DNA of 64,000 bases from Paraspadella gotoi (Eukaryota > Animalia > Chaetognatha): assembly GCA_051294375.1 (NCBI GenBank), contig CM119264.1, positions 16,217,245-16,281,244 on the forward strand. Direction: 5' to 3'. Made by a program: the position numbers and the translations under genes. Of the stretch, positions 34,565 through 48,916 are shown piece by piece. The notes under the pieces are model-generated. The model searched no databases. It was given only the letters and a program-made list of their open reading frames with translations, and was not told where the DNA came from. The first letter of the stretch is position 1. Each line of letters starts with the position of its first letter.

Positions 34565-37500
34565 CACTCCATAATCGATATATGATTCTATTCTCATATA
34601 GCTGACAAATATACTATATTAATATTACATTTCTAATAATGAACTAATCGCTAACATTAGCCTAAATACATCCTAATAGCACTTTAATAATGTTTTTTGT
34701 CTAACTTTATTTCAACAAAATGTTATACTCACTGTTATTAATGTACATATAGTCAAATTATTTCTCACCTATCACGAACATTACTTCAGAAACAAGGGCC
34801 CTATGACCCCCGCGCAAAACATACGGAGACATAACACAGAACACTACTCTATTACAGGAATAAGTGAGTAGCACCCACCTCCCTCGACACCCATCACAAA
34901 TAGTGCTGATAGAGTAGCTCAACTAAAACAATCTCTACGCTCTACACGTTAACGCGCACCACTGCTCCATACAACGAAATATATTTAAACATTATTTAAG
35001 GATAAACTCACTTTCACCCATGCCGCCACAAAAAAAATCTGATAAGTTTCAAATATGGCCATCCAAATACTACCTCATATTTTACCTCAATCCATACTAA
35101 TAACATACTAGTACGAGGAAAACGCCAAACAAGTTCCTCTTCATCAATAGAACACTTCTTTAAACATTTTAATAAAGCTCACTAGATCAAGATAGCTGTA
35201 TATACTGACACAGCTATAGATTCTTATTTTTCAAAAATACTCTTAACTCTTACGAATAGTGTAATCAAAAAAATCCTACTAAAGAAATAAACCTTCACCA
35301 AAAATAATTCATCCTGAATCGATCATACATATTTTCGAATGATACCCTTTCAGCTTTTATCCTCTTACTCGCATCTACACTAGGCTCGTAAACGTGCACA
35401 AGAATTTTTTAAAGAAGCTCTCTAAAGATAAATCCCTATCTAATGCATTAAACCTATTTAAAATAGACTCATCTAATATCATCAGCCAACTCCATCAAAA
35501 CAAATATGTTCTCTCGCTCTCCAAAAATAACATCTCCATATGCTCCTATCACTACGCTAAAATAATAATATTTAATAAATAAATTCACGCGCCTAGCCCC
35601 CCAATACCCTCAGAGACCGAAAGAATTATTTTTGAACACCAATAAATATATAAAAAAATTAGCAAATAACTATAATACCGATCAGCTCCTGAATCAGATC
35701 ATATTTATATCTTGATGCCTCGCTTAAAATGAACACTCACCATCTCCAGCATTAAATTGTCAATCCACGCATAAAATAAGAGCTATTTACCGATCAAACT
35801 AGGTTACCGTTATACTCCCCAAACTTATAGTAAAATGTAATGATAAAAAATGAAGGATAAATTTAATAAATTAAATCTATACATTAACATATAAATTATA
35901 GATTAGAACATTGAACAAAAAGAGCCCAGAGCTAAGTAGAGTACTTATGCCAACACAGAGCTCCCACTACCTACCGCATTCTCCTCTGTGATCCCACTGC
36001 TACAGCCACGCAAATCGGTGAACGTGGACCTTCGTGGCTATAGACCAGATGCTTGGGAGTGATTCACATCGCCCCAAGGCAATAAGGCTTTACAGCACGT
36101 CTTCAACGCATTCACCAGATCCAAGTACCAGCTGATAAAATGATCACTCACGACGAGGTTGGGAATTCCAAGCCCAAAATAGAATAATAACACAGAAAAA
36201 GCCAACCGACAAAGACCACAACCCAATCCAATAATCGCAGATAAAAAACGTGTACCACCACCCACTAGAAAATACAAAACGATACCATCTCACTACCCTA
36301 AACAATAACCTAACCAACCGCCATAAAAAAACCGAAGAAAAACAAAGAAAAATCTAGTACAAAAATAATACCTAACTACTCAATGAGTACCTATCATTAA
36401 AAGCACATATTCCATAAAATCACTCACCGAATGCTACAAATACTCGCCATGTGACAGGGAATATGAAATACGATCAAAAAAACGAATACGAAAAAAAAAA
36501 TGAACCAACATGAGCATACATTTAAGAAAAATGCCAGATGACGAGCGGATGCCAACTCGACTAGTATAAAACTATTAATAAATGAGATCATGTGAAATTC
36601 ATTGTAATTCAGCCACTATAAAGAAACAACTATAAATTTTAATATAATATCTATTACCAATATACTCGATAATCCCAATAACTATTCCTAATGAGCGTGA
36701 GTTCGCACTTATTCACCCACAGCAACTTAACACACCTCTAGCCCTAATCGTAACCTGAGCAGCTACCTATCAGACAGTTACTCTGTATACTCTCCACGAC
36801 AACCAGGCTACCAGCACCTTTTCATTACACCGCTCTACACAACTAAATCACAACACCTTAAACTCATAATCGCCAGAAACACATAAATCTTGTAACAAGA
36901 CCATCATCAGCGAATCTACGCTCATCGATCTTCACTCATTGCCAAGACAGATACATACATACAAAATTTAAGTAAAACAAAAAAACACCAAGGCGACATG
37001 GACTATGATGCACCCGATACACTCAAAAGCGACCAAATACTTCGCATGTAATCAATACCAAATTCGCTCTAGACTGATCGACTCCTACCTAGTAATTGAG
37101 GCGATGAACTTACACCTATTCAACGTCCCAGCAACCGAACTAACACACCCGTAAAGCCCCTAGTCCTACCATCCCCAAGATACAGAGCTGCCCTGTATCC
37201 ATCCCACTCATTTCAGATAATTCTCACCGCTCACAAACCATACTAGCGTCGAGATCCTCAGTATGATTACAAATAAAATAATCCTCCTCTCTCTCATTCA
37301 ACCCCCAGTAGATAAACCACCCTCCTCCATTATAAATAAATAATAAAATAGTTCTCCAGATATCATTTTAACTTGTAAGCTACCCTTTTTAAAGCCTCTT
37401 CAATTGAGAAATGTATTACAAAGTATTAGAACTTTATTAATAGAAATGTATTTACGCGTCCATGAGTTTTTATAAAAAGGAAATACAAAAATAATGACAT

Positions 37501-40500
37501 GTTTACAGACGTTACAATGTAAGCTAATTTTAAGACAGCAATAAACTTCTAAGATTGAATTTGTGCAACCATAAAATATAATATCAAGATCAAATAATTA
37601 CATGCATTTTCAAACGGTCCAAACGATCTGTAATAAAAATATCTTATCACAAAAATCAATCTCCCCTCGTCTCCTTAGACTCGCTCGCCACTCGCTCACG
37701 GCTCTTACCAACAACTCCCGCAACGCCCGCTTCCAACACTCTTCGTCCACACATCCCGCTTCCTCTCACCATCAAACTCCGCTACAGGATACAACAACAC
37801 CACGAATAGCGACACCGAAAAAAAACTATTATTTATTTTATATTTAACAGTACGCAAATCTCGCGCTCGCCTCCACCAGCGCAATCTCCGCGCTCTCCAG
37901 GGCTAAATGCCGCCCACTCCCGCTTTCTAACAACACTCTCGTAATACACTAACAACAAGACTCTTTCTATACAACCTCCACCCAATTCGATCCGCTTTTC
38001 TCAACATATGACGCTATCACAGTATCCTAATACACAGATCGCCTCCGAGAAAAACACATACATATACACCGACGCATACGCACCAATCCCTGCTCCGGGC
38101 ACGTATGTCAAACTACAACGCCTGATTGCACATACTTTACATGCAGCCGACAGACCTAACCCAACCATATTGATGCGCAAACAGATAACCCAAACATTCA
38201 GCTGCCACAACCGATAACCGAATGATGATGGCTCGCACAATAGCCATTAACCAAATATGATAGGATAGCATGAGTAGAGCATTCATTGAATAGCAAACGA
38301 ATATCATCCGTCATCTCTATGTGATGATAGTCATTGAACGGACGCGAAGACGACCATATATCATCTAGACCCAACAGCAGAGCAGAATAACGATCGCATG
38401 CCGCCATATTAGACTAACTCACAAACTTGAACCCACGTCCCCCGACTCGACAGAGCCTGCACCTTCGCTCCTCCTGCCTACAAAACGAAAAAGACATGAG
38501 CTGCGTTTCTCGTCAAAAACCACACACAACAAGAGCTGGTAAGGACAACATGACACACTACTATAATCGACACATACGGATTGCTCGAAGGACCACTAGC
38601 CTCATCTAAATCATCCCGCAATCACCTCTCCATCTATGACACCCAACTGCGCCGCCGATAGACAGCCCCTGCTTCGCAGGACCGATTCTTCGCCAGGCTC
38701 TCAAATACAAACCCATGACCTCGACACTAACACCGCAAAACGTCTCACAGCGAGTACAGTGCCCCCAAAGGAGTCGCGCGGCCATCTCAGCCCGATCTAC
38801 GGCGACAGTAACTATCTCACTAGATATATGATATTATCTCTCGTCTCAAGAATCATCTGAACATACTCAAAACTAATCTAGACCCTACTCTCCCTAGAAC
38901 TTATTAAACCCCCGCCAAGCTACAGGGAATAGCAGGAACACGCACATTGCGCCGCAACTGGAGGATGGCTTCGGAAACGTGCCATCGCCGACTGCGAACA
39001 ACGACCGCAAAACGAGGAGAATCTCGGCGGCCATTGATGTAACGCAGTCATCGTTTGAATATTGTCGGTCACCAAATATATTATAGCACGCGCGCCTCTA
39101 TCGCCTCCAGCAATGCCAAGAATGCCACGATCCCTGTCTTCTGACTCCAACGACCTCGCGCCCGATCGTCGGCCTCGATACAAGGCGCGTGTTACAATGC
39201 CTACGCTTCCACGCGACCTCCGATGATGTGTGAAGAGAGAGTGAGACGGATACCGGGATCACCGAATCTACAAGCTGTCATTCTCCGAGTAAACATCCGA
39301 TTTAGATGTTCGAATAATGGAGCTGCACATTATAAGATACCCTACAAAATACCAGACAGAAGCAGATATATCATGATACAATATGTCTTATATTCACTTA
39401 ATTGGCGTGCAATAGGTTATAAACATATATCAGCCAGATACAAACTATTTTGTTAGAAATAAAACATAAAGTGATATCATATTAATAGACCTTCAGAAAA
39501 TAATATCATAGTAAATACTGAATCATCCACACACAAGCTGAACTTAACATACTAATGTATAGTAATATATGTGCACACATACACAATCCAACCCAATCTT
39601 TCCTAGTCCAATCACAAATTGTGTACACTTGAAAAGGAATGAGGAATCAACACGACACACAATCGACGATACGCGTCATCCTCACCAATCTCCGACTACA
39701 CAGCTCTAACGAACCTCCCCTCTCGCAGCGATTCCATGCCACCCCGACGCTCCGGCGTAAGCGCAAGTACACGAAGACTGTCCAACTGAGGGTCGTCGTC
39801 CATCTGTAGCCCTATCCACTGCACAAGAAGGTGAGATGCCCCAATCACCGCAGTGCTCCCTGCAGAATCAACGGCAACGCCGATCTGTTAAGCTATAAGT
39901 AGTCGACGTACCACTTATAACGTACTCTCGATCCCCAATAAACCTCCCGATCAAAAAACAAAATAGTGTACGCAGCTATACTGTAAGAACACCATCTTCC
40001 CACGCTCGTGCCGCAAATAAAGCCTCAGCAACCCAACACCCTCAAGACCACAAAATATTCTAATACATTCACTACACTCGTGCAGATCCAACCATCTCGC
40101 AGCATGAATCCGCGCACCTCACTCATCCAGCCGCAACAAAGGACTACTCGCTGCTGAAACCTCACTGCGTGACAACATTTACTCTACACCATAAAGAAAA
40201 ATCTTATTTGCCGCAATTTCTCCGCTCTCTACGCCCACTCTCTCAACATACTATCTCGACACAATGCAAGACATGGTATATGCACTCTTCCACTGCTTTC
40301 TATCGTAAACAGCAGATCTCGAAGACATCAGATGCGAACCAAATCATCCTATAGAAAGTTGATATAAGGAAACTTAATAACTCTTTTTAAAATATTTATA
40401 TTCTCATTTAAGTCGGGTCATAAAAATTCCACCTAAAAAAGTATAAATAATTATGACCATAACCGTGCGAATACAGTATAAAAATATAATTTTGAAATTT

Positions 40501-40792
40501 TGGCTAACTTAATGAAATAATTTTTGATTAGGACTTATATTTTCTTTATTCAACTTCCAATTCAAATTCAAATTCGCTTTTCAAAACTAGAACATTATTT
40601 TAAAATTTACATTTTTCTATGTATAAATATGGGGCATAATGCGAAATTGACTGTTCATTGATCAAACTATTTCGAATTTAATCTGCAAACTTTCACTACG
40701 CCTTTACTGGAGAACGTGAATAATTCTTGGCGACCTGAGACCCTTGTGGTGGTAAGTATTCACACTGCTCACATCCACCATTCCCGTTCAGC
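34565..40792. other. Insertion-inflated low-quality copy of 46035-50115 (probable raw long-read gap fill)
   Basis: Colinear anchors, e.g. 39120-39320 with 48900-49100 and 40370-40790 with 49710-50115. Pervasive extra C/A bases; ends at an N-gap. Confidence 0.85.
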
Positions 40793-40869
40793 NNNNNNNN
40801 NNNNNNNNNNNNNNNNNAGTTTCAGCTTCATGAACATCAGCTGTTCAAGTCAGATTTAGAATAATTCTG

Positions 40870-43053
40870 TAGACATTGTATTTTGACTTTCTTTTTGTTA
40901 TTTAAAATAGTTTAGAGATGAAACGAAAAATTCGTTGTAATAGCAATTTTATTTTATTATGTACATGTTTTGACTCTTAGTATTGCGAGTCTTCATCAGC
41001 AAGTGAGTTCAATAAACCAAATTTTTTTAAAACATTAATTTGAGAAGAGAGAGAAGAGAGTTTCCAACAAAGAATTGAGCAAGGATAGTGGTCAGATGTG
41101 AGGACAGGTGAAAGTAGGGAAAGAGAGAGCAAATGATTTTTGAAATTGGTGAAAAGAAAGAGAGAGAGAGAGAGACACAGGGATCATACATTAGGCAATG
41201 TACAACAGTGAAATTTTTTTAGAAAAAACTAAATATTTAACAAAAGTGATAATAAATTAATTGTTAGCTGATGATTATTAGTAAGGGAAAATGAAATAGA
41301 GGAATAAGTCATGAGGGATAGATAAGTTAAAGATAAGTGAAATAGTAAGGTAAGAAAAGAGCTCAAAATGAGTTGGGGGCCCCCCCCCCGGCCGGGCAAA
41401 AGTGGGACGTTAATGATGTAGTCGGGTCATTGGCCTGTCATAGGCTGAGATGATATTGTGGTGGAATGGGACAGGGCTGGATCTGGTAATGATCCGGCTG
41501 GAAAAATGCTGAGTGCCACTCGAATATCTGACCTGATAGGCCTGCCAAGGGCCCTCCTCTCACCTGACGGTGAGGTGGGCGATTGCCTGTTCAGGCCTGT
41601 TTGGGGACAGGTGATACAGACTACTCTCCCTCCTCTTGCAGCTGTCGTTTTGGGCGACGCTCAGCACGAGAAGAGTCGCGCCAAGTTGCTGCAAGCTCGG
41701 TTGAGGCATCGGACGTCCATTGCCTGCTGAGAGGCCTCCGCCTGACCCGTTGAGTGAGGACAGGGGAATCACCATGTGGCTGAGGTGGTGTTGGGTGCTT
41801 CATTACAGCTTTGATAAGCGAATCATAGCTTGGAGGGAGTTCGAATTGTCCTCCATCACGGTTCAAAGAGGGTTCGAGGGCCTTGATGTAAATTGCCTCT
41901 CTAATACCTCTTGAGAACCAGTTTTGGTCATGGGACAGCACGAGACAGTCTTCCTCTCTAAACAGATGGTCCATAGTTGTTGCGTGCTCGGCAACTGCCG
42001 ACAGATAGTGCACTCTAGAGTCGCGATAGGGCTTGATATGTTGGAACTTATCTGATAGAGACTTTCCTGTCTCGCCCACATATGCTGCTGTGCGGGGTTG
42101 GTTGCTCGCTCCTGCACAGGCCGCACAATAGATGGCTCCTGTTGTTTTCGGTCTGGGGATTTTGTCTTTCGGTTTTACCAATTGCTCACGTAAAGAGCCG
42201 TTGGTCGTCACTGAACTGGAGATCCCCTGCTTTGCCAGCACCCGCACCAATGATTCAGTGATCCCCTGGTGGTAGGGGAGGGACAAGTGACCCACATTCT
42301 TGAGACGCTTCTATCTCCCGTTTGCGCTGTGGTGGGCGCGGTCGGTCCTTCAACAGCAAGGTCTCGTTCACCCTCCTGGGGGGTGGAGATTAAACTTGCG
42401 TCAGCGGTAACTTGGACAGCCCCTTGGTTGCCACCGTCCTCAGCCAAGTTCTGCCGAAACCTAGCCTTCTCGACAGCTGCAAGAGGGAGAGGAGTCTGTA
42501 TCACCTGTCCCCAAACAGGCCCCGAACAGGCAATCGCCCACCTCACCGTCAGGTGAGAGGGCCCTCGGCAGGCCTATCAGGTCAGAGATATTCGAGAGGC
42601 ACTCGGCATTTTTCCAGCCGGATCATTACCAGATCAAGCCCTGTCCCATTCCCCACAATATCATCTCAGCCTATGACAGGCCAATGACCCGACTACATTG
42701 TTAACGTCCCACTTTTGCCCGGCCAGGGGGGGCCCCCCCCCCAACTCATTTTGAGCTCTTTTCTTACCTTACTATTTCACTTAGCTTTAACTTATTTATC
42801 CCTCATCACTTATTCCTCTATTTCATTTTCCCTTACTAACAATCATCAGCTAACAATTAATTTATTATTACTTTTGTTAAATATTTAGATTTTTCTAAAA
42901 ATTTTTCACTGTTGTACATTGCCTAATGTATTGATCACTGTGTCTCTCTCTCTCTCTCTTTCTTTTCACCAATTTCAAAAATCATTTGCTCTCTCTTTCC
43001 CTACTTTCACCTGTCCTCACATCTGACCACTATCCTTGCTCAATTCTTTGTTG

Positions 43054-43101
<48 letters not shown>

Positions 43102-43228
43102 CTAATATTTTAAAAAATTTGGTTTATTGAACTCACTTGCTGATGAAGACTCGCAATACTAAGAGTCAAAACATGTACAATAATAAAATAAAATTGCTAT
43201 TACAACGAATTTTTCGTTTCATCTCTAA
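40870..43228 (-). mobile_element. Second copy of the inverted-pLTR Penelope element (GIY-YIG ORF 41621-42295; hammerhead motifs ~40960-41003 and ~43137-43180)
   Basis: Same arms, tail, TSD (40858-40869 and 43229-43240) and flanks as 29434-31774. Confidence 0.93.
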
Positions 43229-44084
43229 AGAATAATTCTGGTAAATTTGGAGAAAAACGATGAACCATGCATCTTCAAACACCGATTAATTAGCAAAAAA
43301 TTATTAATTTTAGTTGTAAAAAATGTTTTTATATGTTCAAAACATCGATGAACCTGATTCTACTAAAAAAATTATAAAAAATGAAAAAAAAAAATTTTAG
43401 CCTTTTTTGGCCCCCCAGAGGTCCAGCCCCAGGGCCCTGTATCTTTTGTCAGGGGATGAATATTAAAATTCGCCTCGATAGTTCCATTTATATTGTCATT
43501 AGAACTCTAAATGTAAAATTTCATGAAATTCGATCCAGTGGTTTGGTGGGAACAGATTCTGGTCACAAAAAAGGGGTACCGCATTTTATAATATGAAGCC
43601 CTCTTGTATATGCGAGGAATTAAGTTAGCGTTTTATATTTAAGTGTCAGCTCGAAAAATATCAAGGCAAACAAACAATTGTGGGAAAGGTTGCCTTGAGG
43701 GGATTGAAGGCGTGAGGAAATAGAGGGAGAATCGTATATTTTGCGAAGAGCAGAAACTAGAGAATGTATCGCTAGAGTAGACAAATTATACTGAGGGGCA
43801 GGAGGAGGAGGAAAGAAGAGGAAGAGGAGAATTGGACGGCAAGCCAAATCCTCCTCTGCTCTGGTTGCAAAAACTGTTGATATTGTTGATATTTACGTCT
43901 AAATAATTAAGATCAAAATGATAAATCTATAAATGGTTTTAGGTAAAATAAAATATTCCGGTCTATTATATTTTATAAAATTGAGGAAGGAAGATAATAT
44001 CATCAAATTTCATCATGTACTAAATAAATGTTACTTTAGTTGAAGCTTAAAAATAAAAAACACAAAAAAGCAAATTCGCAAAAC

Positions 44085-44718
44085 CTTGTCGTCAGAAGTG
44101 TCAGCCTCCCTCAGTGCTATTTCCAACTGCGTCAATGCTTCCATCTCCTCTGCGGATATTTGCTCGCCCATTGCCTGGAGCGCTCGCATGCGCTTAAGTT
44201 TCTGCAACCTGACCATTTGCCAGGAAAAAATAAGTTATTCATGGCACGAAGGACATTTTTTGAGAAACAACTTACCTTTGTATCCTCTCGAACTCTGCCT
44301 GTTGGGCGTTAACCGTCTCTTCATCGAGATCGCTCTCATTCATGACGGACCTAATATTTTTTCTTTTATTTTTTTCTTTTTTCTTCGCCCCGTCTTCGTC
44401 GTCTTCATCGCCCTCGGTTGTCTTCTTTCGCCTCCTCCTCTTGGGTTTCTCCTCGCCCGGTTCCCTCTTCCTCCGCTTTCTCTTCGGCTTTTCTCCACCC
44501 AAATCGTTTCCCGCTTCTTTTTTCCTCCGCCTTTTCTTCTTGGGTTTATCCTCTTTGGCAGCCTGGTCTGGCTCTATAAGTGAAGGGATTTCGTCGGCAT
44601 TACCCGGTGGACCTTGGTCGATTATCGGCAATTCGCCGAAGGAAGCCATCATCCTTGCTTCGTTTTCGTCCTCGGAGGACGGAGAAAGGAGGTTTGGCTT
44701 TCGGTGATTCGTGTCCAT
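44085..44718 (-). CDS. Duplicate first two exons of the ARIP4/ATRX-like gene (44718-44276, 44208-44085)
   Basis: Open frame MDTNHRKP...KRKNIRSVMNESDLDEETVNAQQAEFERIQR, then LQKLKRMRALQ..; GTAAG donor. Confidence 0.6.
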
Positions 44719-45429
44719 GTTGGAAACAGCTCGTTCAAAGAAAATATTTCGCGCCGAATGACGGCTAGAATCAATTCAGTTCCATACCGTTTTTACAGAT
44801 AAAAAGTGGGACCCACATCAAGCATTAAAAATAGCTTTAGTTTAAAGGATGAATGTTTTTGAATTAGCTTTCTAAAAAGCTGAACCCCGATGAGAAAAGA
44901 TGGGAAAATACTAAATAGAGAAGATTGAAATTTTCAATCAAATCTCGCAAATTCAATAAGACTCAGTTAGGAAAGACGAATTAAAAAAAAATTAAAAAAA
45001 CATTCACAATCCAATCCATGGGCACTTAAAAGGTTTCGAGGGGTCTTAAAATTCAAAAAAAGTTAGAATAGGTTTGAAAGTAGTCCTATAGTGTTAAAAC
45101 TGGATAAAGAAGATTATTTCTGCAGATAGTTCGGAAACCAAAAAACTTCTTAATACAATTTCATAATTCACAAATTTTAATAAAAACTGTAGTTTCCGTT
45201 TGTACTTAATCAGGCAATTCGATGGTTCGAAAATATCCAAGAAAACTTTTTTAATTGTAAAAATACTAATAGTATGATGAACTCCAATATAAACTATATC
45301 CGAGGCTTTCGAGCATGTTCCATTATAAAATTGTTAAAAAAAGTTAGATTTATTATGAAAATATAATCAGGTGTTAAAAAAGAATAAGGGTGGTAAAATC
45401 AAAAGAGAAAAAAAATATTCAGTAGAGTA

Positions 45430-47305
45430 TAGTGCGGGGTAATTCGGAACATTTGAAGTAAAAAAAATTTGCATAGAAAATATAGATATTTTTATAATTT
45501 TTTCTGGTGATATATCCAGGAAAGTGTCCTCACTACTGGTTTATGCCGTCTTTTTCCACAGGGGCCGCATTTTTAAAAAAATTGAAAAGTGTTCTGTTTT
45601 ACCCCCACTGGGGTACTTCGGAAGACTTAATATATTATGTATAATTTTTTATACAATCAAAAATATTAACTAATGTTTTAAGTATGAAAAATTGTAAATC
45701 TTATATTCTTAACTTGGTAAAATAAATTTTAATATTGTTCTCACTTTTAAAAAAATATTGAATGACAATAAATATATATTTTTGTTAATAGTATTTTTGA
45801 CACAGTTTTCCTTCCATTCCTGCATTTTGTCCCCATCTTCCTTTCCAATTAACATTGGTTTTCGGCCCATTTTTTTTATTTCCAATGTTATTTTTATTAT
45901 TCTTTTTATTAATCCTTTTTATTTAACCTTATTAAATTTAAATTTTTTTTCTTTCCAAATATTTTTATTTATATTAATTTTATCTTAATTTTGTTTCAAA
46001 CTAATTTTTAAACCTTATTGAGAGATTAAATTCCATTTCAAACTTTTATATATTTTTTATTGCTAAAAATAATTTTTTTACTTTAATATGTATAGTATAA
46101 TAATTTTTTTTGTCTAATTATTTAACAAATGTTACTAACTGTTATTATTACTTAGTAAATTATCACTATCAAGTTATAAAAAGCATATGAGGTAACACAG
46201 AACACTTACTTTACAGGTAGGGGTAGCCGCACTCAATAGGGTGAGTCAAAAATTTAGAGTACATGCTCAAACGAATATTTAAACATTTTTAAGAATACTT
46301 TCAATGGACAAAAAATTTATAATATGGCTCTATACCCTAATTTTTTAATATTTATTTATAGATAGGAAAAGCCAAAAATTTTTTTAGAATTTTTAAATTT
46401 TAAAACCAGATTCAGATAGCTGTTAAAAAGTATGATTCTTTTTTAAATATTTTTACGATAAGTGTATCAAAAATAAGAAAAACCTTAAAAAATCATCATC
46501 ATCATCATTTTTCGATGATTTTATCAGCTTTTTTTATATTTTCACTTAGAAAACGTAAGAATTTTTAAAAGCTGTAATTATATTTCTTGTTTAACTTTTT
46601 ATGCTCTATCAGAATCCATCAAAAAATTTTTAAGATTTAAAAAAAAAATTCTTGCTCTATATAGTAATATAATATTTTTAATTAGGCTAGTACCCTCAGA
46701 AGAAAGTATTTTTGAAAAAAACTATTTTAATACCATAATCTATAGTCATGATAGATTATTTTAATGCTGTATACATTAGCATTTAAATTTCATCCGCTAT
46801 GGCTATTACAGGTGTTCCGTTTTACCCCAATTTATGTAAATGTAATGTAAAAATTGAGGTATTTTTTAAAAATAATCTATACAATAACTATAAATTTGTG
46901 GAAAAGGCGCTAAGTGGGCTGAAGACTACTATCCGCATCTTCTGTGCCCCCTCAGCAGCAATGGAACGGGTCGTGGGCTTTGAACCAGGCTTGGGAGTTT
47001 TCCACGCCCCCAAGGCGGTTTACGGCCGTCTTCACGTTTCCCGCAGGGTAGATACCGGGTTGGGATTAAACCCGGTACTCATTATTATTCCATAATCATT
47101 ACGTCAAATATGAATGTGACAGGCCTGAAAACGACAAAAACGACGAAAATTGACTAGCATCTTTGAAATTGCTGATGCAGCTGCAATGCTGTAACTTTAA
47201 TAATGGAATATTGGTGAAATATTTATTGCACTAAAAAAAATATAAAATTTTATTATATATAATTTTTTGTATATAATTTTATGTGTTCCGAATTACCCCG
47301 CACTA
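45430..47305. mobile_element. Non-autonomous DNA transposon with perfect 22-bp TIRs including TA (Tc1/mariner-pogo-like ends)
   Basis: tagtgcggggtaattcggaaca (45430-45451) and tgttccgaattaccccgcacta (47284-47305). Confidence 0.75.
46940..47085 (-). mobile_element. SINE family D body
   Basis: Matches 10835-10950 and 15780-15812. Confidence 0.55.
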
Positions 47306-47779
47306 CCCTGCTAATCGATGAGCATTCAACGTATCTGATTATCGAACGAACCGACTTTTCTACGCTCTAAATATAACCTAACTCATAAGGAAAAAAATCT
47401 TTAAAGTATAGTGATCTCGCCAGACGTTACTATCAAAGAAAATTAATAAAAAATTCTAAAAAAAAAACAACGAATGATTGATGCGATAACGAATTATTGA
47501 TGTAATAATAATTGATTGATGTAATAGTAATTGAGGGTAACTTAACTATTCAACGTCCGCAACCAACTTTAGGTACCACCAGTCGGTGCTTTGTTAATCC
47601 ATTTAATTTTGTTTCCCTCTAGCGTCGAGTCTCAGTTTGTACAATAATATATATTTTTTATTCAGTAATAAAATTTTATAATAAATAATAATAGTTTTAA
47701 ATTTATTTTAATTGCTATTTTTAAGTTTGATATAAAATGAATTATTTGTTTACGTATGAGTTTTATAAAGAAACAAATT

Positions 47780-47821
47780 TTTGACATGTTTCAGCTTCAA
47801 TGTAAGCTTTTATCAGCGCAA
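47780..47821 (-). ncRNA. Minimal hammerhead, G8A core variant
   Basis: ttgcg-CTGATAA-A-AGCTT-acattg-AAGCT-GAAA-CATGTC-aaa. Confidence 0.65.
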
Positions 47822-47916
47822 AAACAAATTGATTTGTGCAACAAATATTTTTACAGATTCTTTCTCTCTTTTCAAACTCCACAGTCGGTGAAAATACTTC
47901 ACAAATCAATTCGTTC

Positions 47917-47959
47917 TTGCGCTGATGAAGGTTTACATTGAAGCCGAAACATGTCCAAA
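47917..47959 (+). ncRNA. Minimal hammerhead ribozyme, intact core
   Basis: ttgcg-CTGATGA-A-GGTTT-acattg-AAGCC-GAAA-CATGTC-caa; GUC cleavage triplet at 47953-47955. Confidence 0.8.
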
Positions 47960-48916
47960 ATTTGTTTCTTAATAAAACTCGTAGGTAAACAAACAAAGAA
48001 AGGAAAGGAAAAAAAACTATTATTTTTATTTTATATTTTTTAAACAGTTAGCAATTGGGTTAAGGTTGGTTAGGGATAAAGGGCGGTTAAAAATTTGTAA
48101 TAAAAAGTTTTTTCACCCTTACCAATGTCCTTTTTTTAATTTTGCGTATCAAGATTTCTATACATCGCTCAACCGAAAAAAAAAATAACCTACCGCAAAA
48201 TCCCGGTCGGCATATGTAAAAATAAGCTGTAATTATTAATGCGACGATAACCAAATATTGATGCGACGATAACCAAATATTCATGCAACGATAACCAAAT
48301 GATGGATGCGATGATAACCAAATGATGGATGCGATGATAATCATTCATTGATGCAATGATAATCATTCATTTATGTGATGATAGTCATTGAGAGAGAGAG
48401 CGACATATAATTAGAAAGAGAGAGAAAAAGAGAGAGAAATAGAAAAAAACTGGACAGCCGCTGCAGAGCTGAACTTGTCTATGTATATAAAAATTGTTTT
48501 GTAAATAAAACAAACAAATGAGTGTAGGAATATGAAACATAATTTAAAAGACCTTAATGATAAGAAGCCATATCTAAATTTTCAGCTTCCTATGATTATC
48601 AATGTTAAAACAGCGTGACGACGATTTCGGTCAAAAAACGCAGAAACGAATTAACATCTCGCCCAAGTCGGGCATCAGCCCGTCTGGCGAGATATTCTAT
48701 TATATTTTTCTTCGTTTCAATTAATCTAAATATTAATATTAATCTTAATATTCCTAATTTTTAAGCAGTAAGGAATGTCGGACGAAATTCGAAATTGGAG
48801 GTGGTTCGGATGCAATCGCCGATCGAACAAAACGAAACGGAGGGATTCGGATTGATAACGATATGTTTTTGTTTGGTCTTGGTCATTATTAGAAGGTTAT
48901 CGTGTGCCGATGACGC

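Larger units (their letters stand above)
40818..46035. repeat. Near-identical direct duplicate of 29383-34565
   Basis: Differences are almost all homopolymer or single-base indels. Starts at an N-gap. Confidence 0.95.
47744..47996. mobile_element. ~250-bp fold-back element with two opposite-polarity hammerheads
   Basis: 47744-47838 is the reverse complement of 47900-47996. Hammerhead cores at 47783-47816 (-) and 47922-47955 (+). Confidence 0.85.
47385..48695 (-). mobile_element. Helentron/DINE-1-like element with 13-bp subterminal inverted repeats
   Basis: atctcgccagacg (~47414) and cgtctggcgagat (~48681) with an adjacent partial IR atctcgcccaag. Internal 22-bp minisatellite. Sister copy at 55145-57045; end fragment at 24220-24270. 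Confidence 0.65.

Noticed and set aside
34565-40792. Compositionally odd C/A-rich region suggesting foreign or viral DNA
   Set aside because: It is colinear with 46035-50115 and carries random insertions typical of a poor long read.
40870-43228. Independent second transposition of the GIY-YIG cassette
   Set aside because: TSD and flanks are identical to the first copy; it is part of the larger duplication.
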